From Octopus bimaculoides (lineage: Eukaryota), in NCBI RefSeq assembly GCF_001194135.2, contig NC_068982.1, positions 100,408,081-100,445,510 of the forward strand: a stretch of 37,430 bases of DNA. Reading direction: 5' to 3'. Shown here in pieces: positions 24,051 to 36,507 of this stretch (its first letter is position 1; each line of letters opens with the position of its first letter). The notes beneath the pieces are model-generated. The model saw only the letters and a list, made by a program, of their open reading frames with translations, was not told where the DNA came from and ran no database searches. The translations under genes were made by a program, and so were the position numbers.

Positions 24051-24715
24051 TACCAATTTTAATTCTTTAATTTATTTGCAAGAAAGGGCCCATCCATCCA
24101 CGCATGCATGCATCCATCCATCAATCCATTCATCCCTCCACGCATGCATGCATCAATCCTCCCGTCCATCCATCCATCCATCCATCCATCCATCCATCCA
24201 CCCATGTAAACATATTGATGGATGCAATTTGATTTCGAGCAATGTCATCGCTTAATATTTCTTTTAAACATAATCAACACAAATGCAGCTTTTCAAACCT
24301 GCTAAGGACAAGCACTCTCTTGCACAGATGTGGCAACAAACGGTGCCTTTTGCAATTACTTTATTCCATTATGGAATTTTTTTATTGATTGTTTTGTCTT
24401 TCTATGCAACACATAATAGGATTGGCAAAAATCCAGTGATGCCTTTGCCTGAAGATTTATAGAGTAAGGAAAGGCCTTTCACTGGGCCAGTTCCACACTT
24501 TGGAGAACGTATGCACTTGTCCTCCCAAAAGAAATAGTCTATATAATCGGATGTAAATGAAGTCGCGGGGTGTTACATCAGAGTTTTCCTACTCGTAAAG
24601 ACATGTCAAATCAAAAACCAGGTTTCTCTCGTATACATACATACATACATACATACATACATACATACATACACATACACACATACATACATGCAAACAT
24701 ACATACATGCATACA

Positions 24716-24900
24716 TGTTGTTGGCACTCCGTCGCTTACGACGTCGAGGGTTCCAGTTGATCCGATCAACGGAACAGCCTGCTCGTGAAATTAACGTGCA
24801 AGTGGCTGAGCACTCCACAGACACGTGTACCCTTAACGTAGTTCTCGGGGAGGTTCAGCGTGACACAGTGTGACAATGCTGACCCTTTGAATTACAGGCA
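24716..24900 (-). mobile_element. 3' part of a third SINE family (C)
   Basis: TTGTTGGCACTCCGTCGCTTACGACGTCGAGGGTTCCAGTTGATCCG...; recognised from memory as an octopus SINE tail; embedded in (TACA)n. Confidence 0.65.
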
Positions 24901-25099
24901 CATGCATACATACGTACGTACATACATACACACACATACACGCTTACATACCTATATACACACACATACATGCATACACACATACGTACATAACAACAAC
25001 AGTAACAACAACAACAACAGTAACAACAACAACAACAACAGTTCTTTCAAATTTTCGCACAAGGTCAGCAATTTATGGGGGTATGGAATACATTCATAA

Positions 25100-25570
25100 A
25101 CACCAACTCAAGGAATACTGGTGGAATATTCCCATCAAAATATCTGTCAAATGTAAACATAACAGGCTGGATATTGTTGTTTGGAACAGAGGGGAAAAAA
25201 GTATGTACCATCGTAGAGGTCAGCTGCCCTACAGATATAAGTATCTCTGAAAATCAAAGATAAAGAGGATATCTATGGACAACTGCTTCGAAACCGCCAG
25301 TTTCTATATCCAGACTATGAATTCATATTCATACCAATAATAATTGGAGCACTGGTTTTATTAGTAAATGCTTAAAGGAGAATCTGAATAAACTGGGATT
25401 TTCAGAAAGAGATATCGACCGGCTAATGCGTACATTACAAGTGCAATCTCTGAGTGGCACAGTAAAAATATGTAAGACTTTTATCAAGTTCCAAGTGTGA
25501 ATTTGCCTGTGCTAACTACATCCCAAAGATGGAGCTTTCTTGGAAACCGGTTCCCTCTTCAGTGGAAGGT
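25100..25570 (+). mobile_element. R4/Dong-like LINE, RLE domain and 3' end
   Basis: KEYWWNIPIKISVKCKHNRLDIVVW...IVEVSCPTD...K..IYGQL...PIIIGALG...GTVKICKTF* (PD-(D/E)xK-type RLE). Confidence 0.85.
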
Positions 25571-25697
25571 TTATAATAATTCAAAAATAGAAGAGATACA
25601 TACACACATACATACATTCATACATACACACATACATACATCCATACATACATACACACATACATAAATATATGCATGCGTGCGTGCATACATACAT

Positions 25698-25762
<65 letters not shown>

Positions 25763-25789
25763 CATACGAGTTACAAAGAAAAATGGGCT

Positions 25790-28050
25790 GATCATAATAC
25801 CTAAAGACACATCGTCATTGAAACGAAGACCTTTTCAACTTCTAATCCTATGTTAAATATCAAAGGCCTTTTGCAAGTCTACAAAAGCAACTGTCGAGTG
25901 CTGTCTGAATTCAACGTGCTATTGTATAATATGCTAGAGTAAAAATACTTAGTCATTAGAATCTCACATTCAACAGGCGCCCGCTTGTTAATCCGTTAAT
26001 ATATTACATTCCAAGGTAATCTGTTTCCTATTTAGGATAAGCAACACTGCACACTTTCAGTAATGTGCTGCTGAGTGTTATATTCCTCCACTCGATGTGC
26101 TTTCTCAGATAATCCTATTTTGTATCCGAATCACTGACCTTCCTATTTTCCATTAAACGTCTTGTTCACGTTTGTATAAATTGCTTTTTACATTTTATTA
26201 TTATGTTTATATTATATATCATTGGTTCTCCATCAGTACTAAATACAGATAATCTTTTCGGTCTCTGCTTTATCTCTAATTCCATTTATTATTTCATAAG
26301 TTTTTCTGATTTCTGTACTGAGTCCTGCATTAAACAATTAGCTTTCACTTTTAAGAATCTCTGTTTATCTCCTCTTGAACACATGTTCACTTCTCTGGTG
26401 AAACTCCAATATTTAGATATTCTACTTTAGGGTCCTTCTTATTCACTCTCCAGCTTTCAACAATTCGTTTTTGTTCCTTTCATACCTCAGTAGCTTTTTA
26501 TCCGGAATCTATTTTCTTCTTTTTATCGTTTTTTTTCAGCTCGGCATACCTTCGATTACATTCTTGTAAACTTTTACATTCCATTGATGTATATCTCTTC
26601 ATCAATAGCTTTAAGCACTACAAATCGATTTTGGTATTCAGTTAGAAATTCATCTTTTATTCTCTAATTCTTCAACTTTTCTGTGTAAAGCCTAATAATT
26701 CTTTTCTACTTTTCGTTAGCCTTTAGCTGCACCTGAACTGCCCCTATTACAGTTTGATGGTCAGCGCCGATATCTGCACTCTGATATCTTCTCACATCTA
26801 GCAAGGATGTTGTTGGTTGCCGAACGATCAAAATATGATTTATTTGATTATCACTTTTTCATCTGGAGACGCTGAAGTATACTATAAATATTCTTAAAGA
26901 GAATATCTCCTATAATGAAATTTCTGGATATACAGAGGCTGGTCAATTATACACTATTTTCATTAGCATTATCCAACCCATGTATGTTCATCGTCTAACT
27001 TAATTGCTAATGCCATCTTTCGCATTCATCTCATGCTTCCGAATCAATTTTGTTTTTCACCCTTTCGGTGTTCGGTAAAAAAAAGTATCAATCCAGGGTA
27101 GTGAATTCGCGGAACTGTAAATAAATCGAAGCAGATGCCTTACGGTATTTGTCCGGCATTTTGCGTTCTGAGTTCAAATACCGCCATAGTGGCAGACTTC
27201 ATCCATCACCCAGTTTAACACCACTACCTAACACCCTGGGTACCTTTAGTGGACCTCAGGTTGTTGAAAACATTTGGACCAGGTGTTCTGTTTCAAGATC
27301 TTCCCCTCTCTCTTTTCCTGCAGTCAAGAAGGTTATGTAAAGGATCATAGACACTACCTTTTCTCCTGACCATTTCACAACTTTCCTTCGTCTACTATTC
27401 ATTCATTCATTCTTGCAACAGTTGTACGAAAGAATTTTCCTTTTCATTGTTTGCATTACGTATAGGCATGAAGGCGGTGAGCAGACAGAATCCTTGTCTT
27501 GTGGTATTTCTTCCGGCTTTACATTCTGAATTCAAATTTCGCCGTGGTTGACTTTGTCGTTTCATTTTACCTGTGTCGATAAAATAAGTAACAGTTGAGC
27601 ACTGGGGTCATTACAATCTCCTTAAATTTTCGTGCGTATTATACAAGGATTATTTACAAGTGCGAAATAAAGAATATTGATTACGCATTGCTTGGCTTTA
27701 AGTTTCACTAAAAGGGATCTACCTTTATATATAAGGTAATTCAGTAATGGTCTCGAAGTATTTTTATTCTGAATCAAAGCCGATTTCATCACGTCTTAAA
27801 TCATCCTTTTTAACAGAGATTAAAACTATAATATCTTCCATTGCAAAAAAAAAAAAAAAAAAAAAAATGGATCCTTCCCTCCAACTCTAGTATCACGCAG
27901 AGCTAACAAATTAATTTGGCGTTGTTTCATCTTTCTCACTGTCTGCTTCAATTTACCGTCCTATCGTAATGTTTGAATATCCTCATTTTCTCAATCCGTA
28001 TTGTAGTATCTGAATTTTAAAAGCGAGATATTCTTGGCAGCCATGTTTTC
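25790..28050 (-). mobile_element. Decayed RTE-clade LINE (APE through RT N-terminal half), interrupted by SINEs
   Basis: Minus-strand motifs in order: GKLKQ..RKMK.RQINLLALRDTR, SPDEKVINQINHILI...SADIGADH, AFVDLQKAFD. Confidence 0.75.
27130..27650 (+). mobile_element. Family A SINE copies nested in the RTE (27130-27210 partial; 27465-27650)
   Basis: GGCGGTGAGCAGACAGAATC head, TCTGA(G/A)TTCAAAT B box, GTCGATAAAATAAG core. Confidence 0.7.
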
Positions 28051-28114
28051 CTGGACTACCGGCTATTAGTTTATTTGCCTGTTTGCTTAACAGTTTATTA
28101 GTCTATCTATATAA

Positions 28115-28335
28115 GTGTGTTTTCTTGTTTGCGTTTGTTCTCCCCGTCCACCGCTTGATAACCAGTGCTGGTTTGTTCACGTCACCTCCATAAGCTAGAG
28201 GTTCGGCAAAAGAGACCGATAGAAGTACCAGGCTTAGAAAAATAGTACTGAGGTCGATTAGTTCGACTAAACCTTTCAAAGCGGTGCCTCAGTATGGCCG
28301 CAGTCCAATGACTGAAGCAAGTAAAAGATAAGACA
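28115..28335 (+). mobile_element. SINE family B 3' half
   Basis: Homologous to 5441-5636 (GGTTCGGCAAAAGAGACCGATAGAA...AATGACTGAAGCAAGTAAAAG). Confidence 0.8.
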
Positions 28336-28926
28336 CACACACACACACACACACTCTAGAACTCACACACACACACACACTAGCATACACACTCACACAG
28401 ATATATGTATGCATGCGTATGTGTGTGTGTGTGGGTGTGTGTGTGTATTAAATGGATTTACGGAGTGTATTGACTAGCCAGAATATTTAGAGGATCACAG
28501 ATTTTTGTAGTGAACAGCTGAAGAAATAGTAACAGTATTGACAACTTTGTGGCTGTAAACTGTTGATGAGTAAGAGTTTGTTTAACGAGCAGCTGTTGTT
28601 GTTCAGTCTCAAATTAGAGCTGCTTGAGCTGATCTGTCATCATAAACCTTCAGCCACGACCTTCCAACATTGTATTGTATACCAGAGATGACAACATTTG
28701 TATTCATAAGTTAAGACGACAGAGTGTGATTTTGAGGGACATGAAGTTGCTAATTTTTGCAGCCGAATGGTATAATGATCATTTAGAAGAGTTTTCATAG
28801 GTTCGTAATTGCAGTGGGACGCCAGAAATGCTAGGTGACGTCCTATTGCGACCTGAGTTCAAGTTTAGTTAAAGTCTTTGCCTTCCAACTCACCGGAATT
28901 GGTAAAATAATTAAACAAAATATTAA

Positions 28927-29383
28927 TATATTGGTTTTGAATTTTGGCACAAGGCCAGCAATTTTGGGGGAGAAAAGTAAGTCGATCCCAGTGTTCAACT
29001 AGAACTTATTTTATCGATTCCGAAAGGATGAAGGGTAAAACCGACCTCGGGGAAATTGGGACTCAGAATGTAACGACGGTCGAAAAGCGGTTAGACATCC
29101 TGCCCGACGTGCTGATGATTCTGCCAGCTCACCACCTTAGCAATGTTAATATATTGAAAGACGAAAGTGGTGAGCTGGCAGAATTGTTAACACTTCGGGT
29201 AAAATGCTTGGTGGCATTTCGTCCGTTTTTTATGTTCTGAGTTCAAATTCCGCCGAGGTCGTCGTTCTCTTTCATCCTTTGGATGTCAATAAAATAAGTG
29301 CCAGTTGAGCACTGGGGTTGATATAATCGACAGACCCCTTCCCCAAAATTGCTGGCCTTGTGCCAAAATTTGAAACCAATATA
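28927..29383. mobile_element. Head-to-head pair of full-length family A SINEs (28927-29140 minus; 29163-29383 plus)
   Basis: Both carry the GGTGAGCTGGCAGAAT A-box head, B box and core; heads are ~25 bp apart. Confidence 0.9.
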
Positions 29384-29599
29384 TTGAGGTGGATTCAGTA
29401 AAGTACTAATCCGTGCCTGTGAAGATTACTTCTGAGTCTAGCAGGTCGAGAGATCGCGTACAGGACTCCATAATCGATAATGTGAGTTTATGTCTGTGTG
29501 TGTATGCGATGTAACGTCTACATTCTTTGATGCTTGTCACTTAAATTCTCTTTTTAAAATACCAGTTATTACAGTGATGATCACAATGACGACGACGAC

Positions 29600-30057
29600 A
29601 ACAACGACAGCGATGACAACGGCAAAGAAAACTATAAATAAAACAAAATATCATAGTGTTCTTAACAAGTTTATAAATTCTTAACTCTTCGAACCACTTA
29701 TAAAAAAAATAAGAAAATCAAGACAAAATGATAAACTTGGATAACTAAATGATATTAGCTAAGTATACTAAAATAAGCTATCTTACTATCTATTAGAGAG
29801 CTAAAATGGTATCCATCAGTCATTTCAGATACTTAAGCCAAACCGAACTCGACATGTGATGAAAGAAAAATTAAATGAATAAATAAAAATAAAGTATTGC
29901 AAGAGTAGCATAGATTATATCGATTACGAAGATTTTGCTGACAAGACAGTTAAGTTCGATCGCGTTATTTTTTAATAGCTGAAATGTAGATGTGTGTTGA
30001 TAACCCGGGTAACAGCAATGTTAAAAACAGCTCAGAGAGCAAAGTCAATAATACAAA
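29600..30057 (+). mobile_element. Decayed R4/Dong-like RT fragment, homologous to 32200-32572
   Basis: Shared blocks GATTTTGCTGACAAGA and GATAACCC.GGTA.CAGCAA.GTTAAA; reads as KC...I.RG...VK, just upstream of the YKYLG region. Confidence 0.45.
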
Positions 30058-30944
30058 NNNNNNNNNNNNNNNNNNNNNNNNNNNNNNNNNNNNNNNNNNN
30101 NNNNNNNNNNNNNNNNNNNNNNNNNNNNNNNNNNNNNNNNNNNNNNNNNNNNNNNNNNNNNNNNNNNNNNNNNNNNNNNNNNNNNNNNNNNNNNNNNNNN
30201 NNNNNNNNNNNNNNNNNNNNNNNNNNNNNNNNNNNNNNNNNNNNNNNNNNNNNNNNNNNNNNNNNNNNNNNNNNNNNNNNNNNNNNNNNNNNNNNNNNNN
30301 NNNNNNNNNNNNNNNNNNNNNNNNNNNNNNNNNNNNNNNNNNNNNNNNNNNNNNNNNNNNNNNNNNNNNNNNNNNNNNNNNNNNNNNNNNNNNNNNNNNN
30401 NNNNNNNNNNNNNNNNNNNNNNNNNNNNNNNNNNNNNNNNNNNNNNNNNNNNNNNNNNNNNNNNNNNNNNNNNNNNNNNNNNNNNNNNNNNNNNNNNNNN
30501 NNNNNNNNNNNNNNNNNNNNNNNNNNNNNNNNNNNNNNNNNNNNNNNNNNNNNNNNNNNNNNNNNNNNNNNNNNNNNNNNNNNNNNNNNNNNNNNNNNNN
30601 NNNNNNNNNNNNNNNNNNNNNNNNNNNNNNNNNNNNNNNNNNNNNNNNNNNNNNNNNNNNNNNNNNNNNNNNNNNNNNNNNNNNNNNNNNNNNNNNNNNN
30701 NNNNNNNNNNNNNNNNNNNNNNNNNNNNNNNNNNNNNNNNNNNNNNNNNNNNNNNNNNNNNNNNNNNNNNNNNNNNNNNNNNNNNNNNNNNNNNNNNNNN
30801 NNNNNNNNNNNNNNNNNNNNNNNNNNNNNNNNNNNNNNNNNNNNNNNNNNGAGGAATTTTTATTAAGCAAACTGTACGTTATACTACTATAGTAATAGTT
30901 CAGTTCATGTAAACAATACATTTTTTGAAGTGAAAATTCAAAAA

Positions 30945-31805
30945 CGAAAGTTTGGGATACGCTCTAGGTGTTTGTCAAACAAATTACAATTTTCCTATCT
31001 CCTGCGTCTCATAAACTCGCAGAGATACGCGTCAACCATAGAACGGTGGGCCCAACAGCGTCGTTTATCCTCTCATTTTACACATGCTCATGTGCTTTTT
31101 CCCCGCTTGTTGCGAGTGGGTGCCATGTTTCGAGTTAATAAACTCAATGCTGTGGTTCACTGTTCTATGTTGAAAATTATAACCATCAATTTCAGGAATG
31201 TGGGAGTGAGCCCTCCACAAGCCACTGAAAATTGTAGCTCCTGGAAGAACCGACTGACAAACGCATTCCTCTGGTGTGTCCCGATTCCGACATGGTACTG
31301 CATAAGAAGAAAAAAAACATGTCTGGTCTCACGACACACTCCTCCGAAAACCCAATGTTCAGGTAGCACGCTTCCTTGGTTGTATTTACGTATTGAGAAA
31401 ACTGTTTCGCCTATCACAACAATATTCCCAGGGCAGCTTATCTGAACTGGATTGCAGAGCAGGTTCTCCGCATATATTGCATGAGCATAGCTGTTAACGT
31501 AAAACCGGCTTCAAGTCAATTCCTTGACTCATGAATAAAGGAAAAGCAATACAGTCCTAAGCAGAAGGATGCCATCCCCTAACCATGTATCTTTTCTGAC
31601 AGACACACACGCGTTGCATCTTTTTTAGAAGCACCGCCAGTATATTTTCTCGTGAAGCATCCTCTTCTTCATATAGTGTCTTTTTGCATATAATTTTTTT
31701 TCTTTTAGGGTTAAAACCCTTCTCTTGCAGAAAAAAAACTGCATCATCCTTGGTTTTCAATTTCTCCATCATATTCAAAAGGTTAAACGAGTTAGCTGCG
31801 GTCAT
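30945..31805 (-). mobile_element. Merlin (ISXO2/IS1016-like DDE) transposase pseudogene
   Basis: DDAVFFLQEKG, IGETVFSIRKYNQGSVLPEHWVFGG.CRET, VLPGATIFS.LWRA, HRTVNHS, HRSMVDAYLCEFMRR; frameshifted; TIRs not identified. Confidence 0.85.
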
Positions 31806-32099
31806 ACTTCTATCTAGGTTGAAAAGGTCCAGGAAAACTCGCAGTTCAAACCTATGAAAATGAGATAGTAACGAGACAACAACCGAAAATATCTGTTTTT
31901 CAAAAAACACAACTGAAAATGGCAAAAATGAGGCAGAACAAACGTTTAGTAAATAGGCACTCGTTAAAGAAAATACACGTGGTCATTGTAGTTTTAATCA
32001 GACAACTACTTGGTTTGTTATTGTGGAAACAGGCACCAATGTGTCTGGCTTTCGATTGGCTAAAATTTATTGATTTATGGCAAAAATGAATTATATTTA

Positions 32100-32260
32100 C
32101 CTAATTAGCTTACAAACTACATCAGTACACCGAATTTGAAACAAATGGAGCAAAATTAAAGAAAGTATATATAGAAAACTGTGACAGCAACAGAAATGAT
32201 CCATGAAATGTTATTCATCGTAGTCACTGCAAATACTTAACTAAGCCAAAATCGATATGT

Positions 32261-32308
<48 letters not shown>

Positions 32309-34230
32309 GAGAAAACCCCCAAAACTTCATTTATACATGATATATCAAGAGACGCGTAGAAATATATCTCTTGCTAAGATTTTGCTGACAAGATAGCGAA
32401 GTTCGAGCATCATATTATATTTTATTATTTATTTGCTTACTTTTTTTTTATCAACGTTCGTTCTTTACAGCAGAACTTTATCCTTGTCAGTTGTTAAAAT
32501 GTTGATATTTGTCGATAACCCAGGTAGCAGCAAAGTTAAAGACACCACCGAAAGCAATAGCAAGTCAATACATACACACACACACACACAAATACATACA
32601 TACATACATACATACATACATACATGCACGCACGCACGCACACACACACACACATACATATATACATACATACACACATAAACACACACGCATACATACG
32701 AGTGCACGCATACACACACATACGCGCGCGCGCACACAGAGGCCTGACTGTTTTTCTGAGATCATAGTGAAGAATACTACAGACAGGTACGTGGGAATAG
32801 ATGAAGATATTTTCTGACAGAACCTACAAAAATGAATGTGTAACCAGGGAACTTTCGGTATGCAATAAATTCAAATACTCAGAATGTGTTTCTTGTATCA
32901 GTAGTCATATCAACATTTGAACTACTTGATTGGATAGGATCCGGTCTATTAAAGTTAAACCCCGAAAACTTAACCCGTATCAGTAATTTCCACTCTAACA
33001 GTGGTGTAGACTGCCTCTACTCTAAATGAAAACAAGGCGACAGGGACTTAACACCAATTTAATCAGTCTTTGAATTTCGCAACATAACCCTTTGACACCA
33101 TTTAGATACTACCAAACGTTGAAGTTTTGTCATGACTCAAAAACGCATACATGAAGGCGGTAACATCACGAAGGGTAGAAAGTTCTTCAGAAAGTATTCC
33201 CTGACTGATGCCATAAAACATACACCCAGAGAACTTGCTCAGCTCTACCGCAACAAGTCATTAGAAAGGAAGTTGCCTACATTCTAGCAGAAGGTCATGC
33301 ATGGTTATATTCGCATAAAGCTTGAAAGGGATAACAACATTAAGAACCAGAGAAGTCTAACCCTGGACTAATAACCGATATACTTTGATGGATATACTTT
33401 TGATAGATATACTTTTATAATTGTTGTGTCGACGCCCCCAAGCGTAGAAGTAGGCTCGACCAAGACATATAAATAGAGGTAGTCTGATCGTGGTAGCAGT
33501 GGACTGACAGTAGACTAACTTTTCAATAGCTGTTGAGTAGCAGTCGCGTAGAGATCATCCGAAGGTGCTAGATAACAGTGGCTTGAGACATAACAATAAT
33601 ACAGAAGCAGGAAGTAGCCGCAAAATGCAGGATGCACAAAAGGGATATCGATGCAGGTAGGCCACCTAAATGCGACAACCAATGCAAGCTCCGTAGAATT
33701 AACATTAAGGATGTCATCCACATCATAAGTAGCTGTCTGAAAATGTCCTCTCAATAGAATCTACCTATGGGGTTTGCTGTAATAGCTAGAACACTGTTTA
33801 ATGAAATCCATAAGAAGAAGAATCCTGAGGATACAAATATACCTCGAGCATATTTGAACTAGTTACAAGTTAGTGTTTATACACATCACTGCGTAGCGCT
33901 GTCACTCCGTATTTCAAATATCAGAAGCTACAATAACATAGAAAGAATGCTGGTAGAATGTTACTGTCAAAATTTCAATAGAATGCAAGTATAACAAACC
34001 AGACATGATAATTTGGGACAGAAAAAAGAAATCCTGCACAGTAGTTGCCATAATGTTAACAATTAGTGAAAAAAAAAAGATCTACGCCAAACTGACGATT
34101 TAACTGCAATTACTCCAACCGGACTATAAATTTATATTTCTTTTAATGATTATCGGAGCACTTAGTTATGTGACTCAATACCATCCTTGACAATCCTGAG
34201 TCCACAAAACCAGAAAAGAGCCTCATATTT
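32100..34230 (+). mobile_element. 3' half of an R4/Dong-like RLE LINE, broken by poly-A and microsatellites
   Basis: Motifs in order: RYVGIDEDI, STFELLDW, NFHSNSGVDCLYSK.KQGDR, KVMHGYIR, CDNQCKL..IHIISSCLKMS, YNKPDMIIWD, IIGALSYV. Confidence 0.85.
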
Positions 34231-34338
34231 GAAGATTACAGCTACAAGCTGTGAAAAGTACTTTCATAGTATATAAAACATTCATGAAGTTTGACATGTA
34301 ACAACATCCACACATGCAACAGCATTTGTGCCTGCGCC

Positions 34339-34502
34339 CATGAGTACATATACACATACATTTGTATATGCATACAGATGAAGCATACAGGTGCGTATGC
34401 ATAAACACACACGCTTATACACATACATGAATGCATACATGTATTCGTGCATACATATATATATGTATGTATGTATATATAATATATGTATATATATATA
34501 TG

Positions 34503-34545
<43 letters not shown>

Positions 34546-34547
34546 CA

Positions 34548-34579
<32 letters not shown>

Positions 34580-34742
34580 TATATAAATATATATGTATGT
34601 ATATATGTATATATGTATGTATGTATGCATGCACGAATACATGTATGTATTCATGTATGTGTATAAGCGTGTGTGTTTATGCATGCGCACCTATATGCTT
34701 CATCTGTAGGCATACACAAATGTATGTGTATATGTACCCATA
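34339..34742. repeat. Fold-back: ~120 bp inverted arms (34339-34460 and 34620-34742) around a microsatellite spacer
   Basis: Arm 2 reverse complement TGGGTACATATACACATACATTTGTGTATGCCTACAGATGAAGC... matches arm 1 TGAGTACATATACACATACATTTGTATATGCATACAGATGAAGC... with few mismatches. Confidence 0.9.
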
Positions 34743-34746
34743 TATA

Positions 34747-34838
<92 letters not shown>

Positions 34839-34974
34839 CATGCAAGACTATCCTTAAATCCAATGAAAAACTCTTGGCTCGTTGGCTGGAAACTGACCTT
34901 TTCTCAATTAGTGAAAAATGAAAAAAGAGACTTGGAAACAGTTTGGTAGTGCAAATACAATCAGTCGAAAACAC

Positions 34975-36116
34975 CGCATACCGGGCGCCAGTTGGTTTCA
35001 GGGGTCATCAGGAGAGAATGCACACCGTTTCGGGGCCTTCCTCTTGACAGTTTTATAGCGCACCCTTCCAACTCACTGATGTGAGGCCTCATCTACTGAT
35101 TCGACTGACCAGTATTTAACCTTAAGTCCATTTCGGGGTCATCGCCTCTCCAGCTAGGTTTCATCATTCCATTTTCAACCGTATTCAATGACTGGCCCTT
35201 TCAATTATCGCCTGGATCTCCTTCAAGGTGGTGTTTACTTGCCGATCTTGGACACCAATTGACAGTAGTCATCGCCTCAGTCTGATCTCAATAAAACCTT
35301 CGCATCCAACTTCTACAGGAAAGTGTATTGCATACCAACCAACATCTATACAGTTTTCCAGTAGCGTCTCATAACGCTCTTCTTTCCTAACCTGGGCTGC
35401 ATCTAAATAGTCTTCCTGTGGAACAATTAATTTGATAAGGAGTATTATCTTTCATTCCTCACACCATATTGTCATATCCAGCTTTTTCTTTGTTGACATT
35501 GGAAAGAGCGTTCACAACCTACAAGATCTGCTATCTCCCATACTCCAACCCAGTTCTCGTCAATCACAGTTTTCTTCTGGTTTGGGTATCCACCTTAACC
35601 TTGATGGACAAACGGGATAAACCATTTACTGTAATCCTTTTGTGGTTTCTTGTCACCATTGATTGGTTCCATCTGGCACTCTAGAGAATGTCACCATTGA
35701 TTGGTTCCTGCTGGCACTCTAGAGAATTTTGAGGACCTCATTGTGCATCCCTGTATACCATTCCAGTGCCATTGAGCAATTAGATAGAATATGCTTTAGC
35801 ATGCCAACTTCTCCGCTTCTACATTTGTCGTCATTCGTTATTTTGCATCTCATCAGATTGCATGCGGATCATAGTACATCATAGGTCGATTGATGAGGGA
35901 AATCGAACCGTGATGTGCTCCACCTCCAGATCTCATCCTGATCAACCTTACGTTCAAAAAAAAATTTCTTCCCATTTGGTTATCTGACCTTGTTGAATGC
36001 AATCCCCTTTCCTCTGCACCTCTCGTTTTAGCATAGCTACCAGCTGCGGCACTGCGCTCCCTCTGTGTCATCGTCGAGAATGGTTTAAATAGATTGCAAC
36101 CAACCCCCTTCTGGTC
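34975..36116 (-). mobile_element. HERO-like RLE non-LTR retrotransposon, 3' portion
   Basis: QQGQITKWEE...STYDVL, LKHILSNCSMAL...HNEVLK, LIKLIVPQED...RKEERY, GWYAIHFPVEVGCEGF, ERASH.IRLK; HERO-type ELTVPWEE/VEVGCRGF pattern. Confidence 0.85.
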
Positions 36117-36507
36117 NNNNNNNNNNNNNNNNNNNNNNNNNNNNNNNNNNNNNNNNNNNNNNNNNNNNNNNNNNNNNNNNNNNNNNNNNNNNNNNNNNNN
36201 NNNNNNNNNNNNNNNNNNNNNNNNNNNNNNNNNNNNNNNNNNNNNNNNNNNNNNNNNNNNNNNNNNNNNNNNNNNNNNNNNNNNNNNNNNNNNNNNNNNN
36301 NNNNNNNNNNNNNNNNNNNNNNNNNNNNNNNNNNNNNNNNNNNNNNNNNNNNNNNNNNNNNNNNNNNNNNNNNNNNNNNNNNNNNNNNNNNNNNNNNNNN
36401 NNNNNNNNNNNNNNNNNNNNNNNNNNNNNNNNNNNNNNNNNNNNNNNNNNNNNNNNNATATATATATATATATATATATAGGCATACATATACCCCCCAC
36501 ACACATA

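Noticed and set aside
29800-32572. Two paralogous segments (29800-30057 and 32200-32572) whose minus strands both encode LTLLLPGLST with only synonymous differences, plus H(I/V)(D/E)FGL, suggesting a duplicated membrane or secreted protein
   Set aside because: The second copy is contiguous with a plus-strand R4/Dong RT and reads there as the KC.Y..I.RG region before YKYLG. Selection on the RT frame shares wobble positions with the antisense frame. Indels break the minus frame and no splice sites fit. A TBLASTX against R4 consensus would settle it.
33377-33420. Three ~15 bp GATATACTTT units, superficially array-like
   Set aside because: This is a spacer-less slippage duplication inside a LINE. 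There is no CRISPR-like structure anywhere in this eukaryotic window.
34990-35045. CTGATGA...GAAAC on the minus strand of the HERO 3' UTR
   Set aside because: The intervening CCCCT cannot form stem II, and no stem I/III pairing exists.
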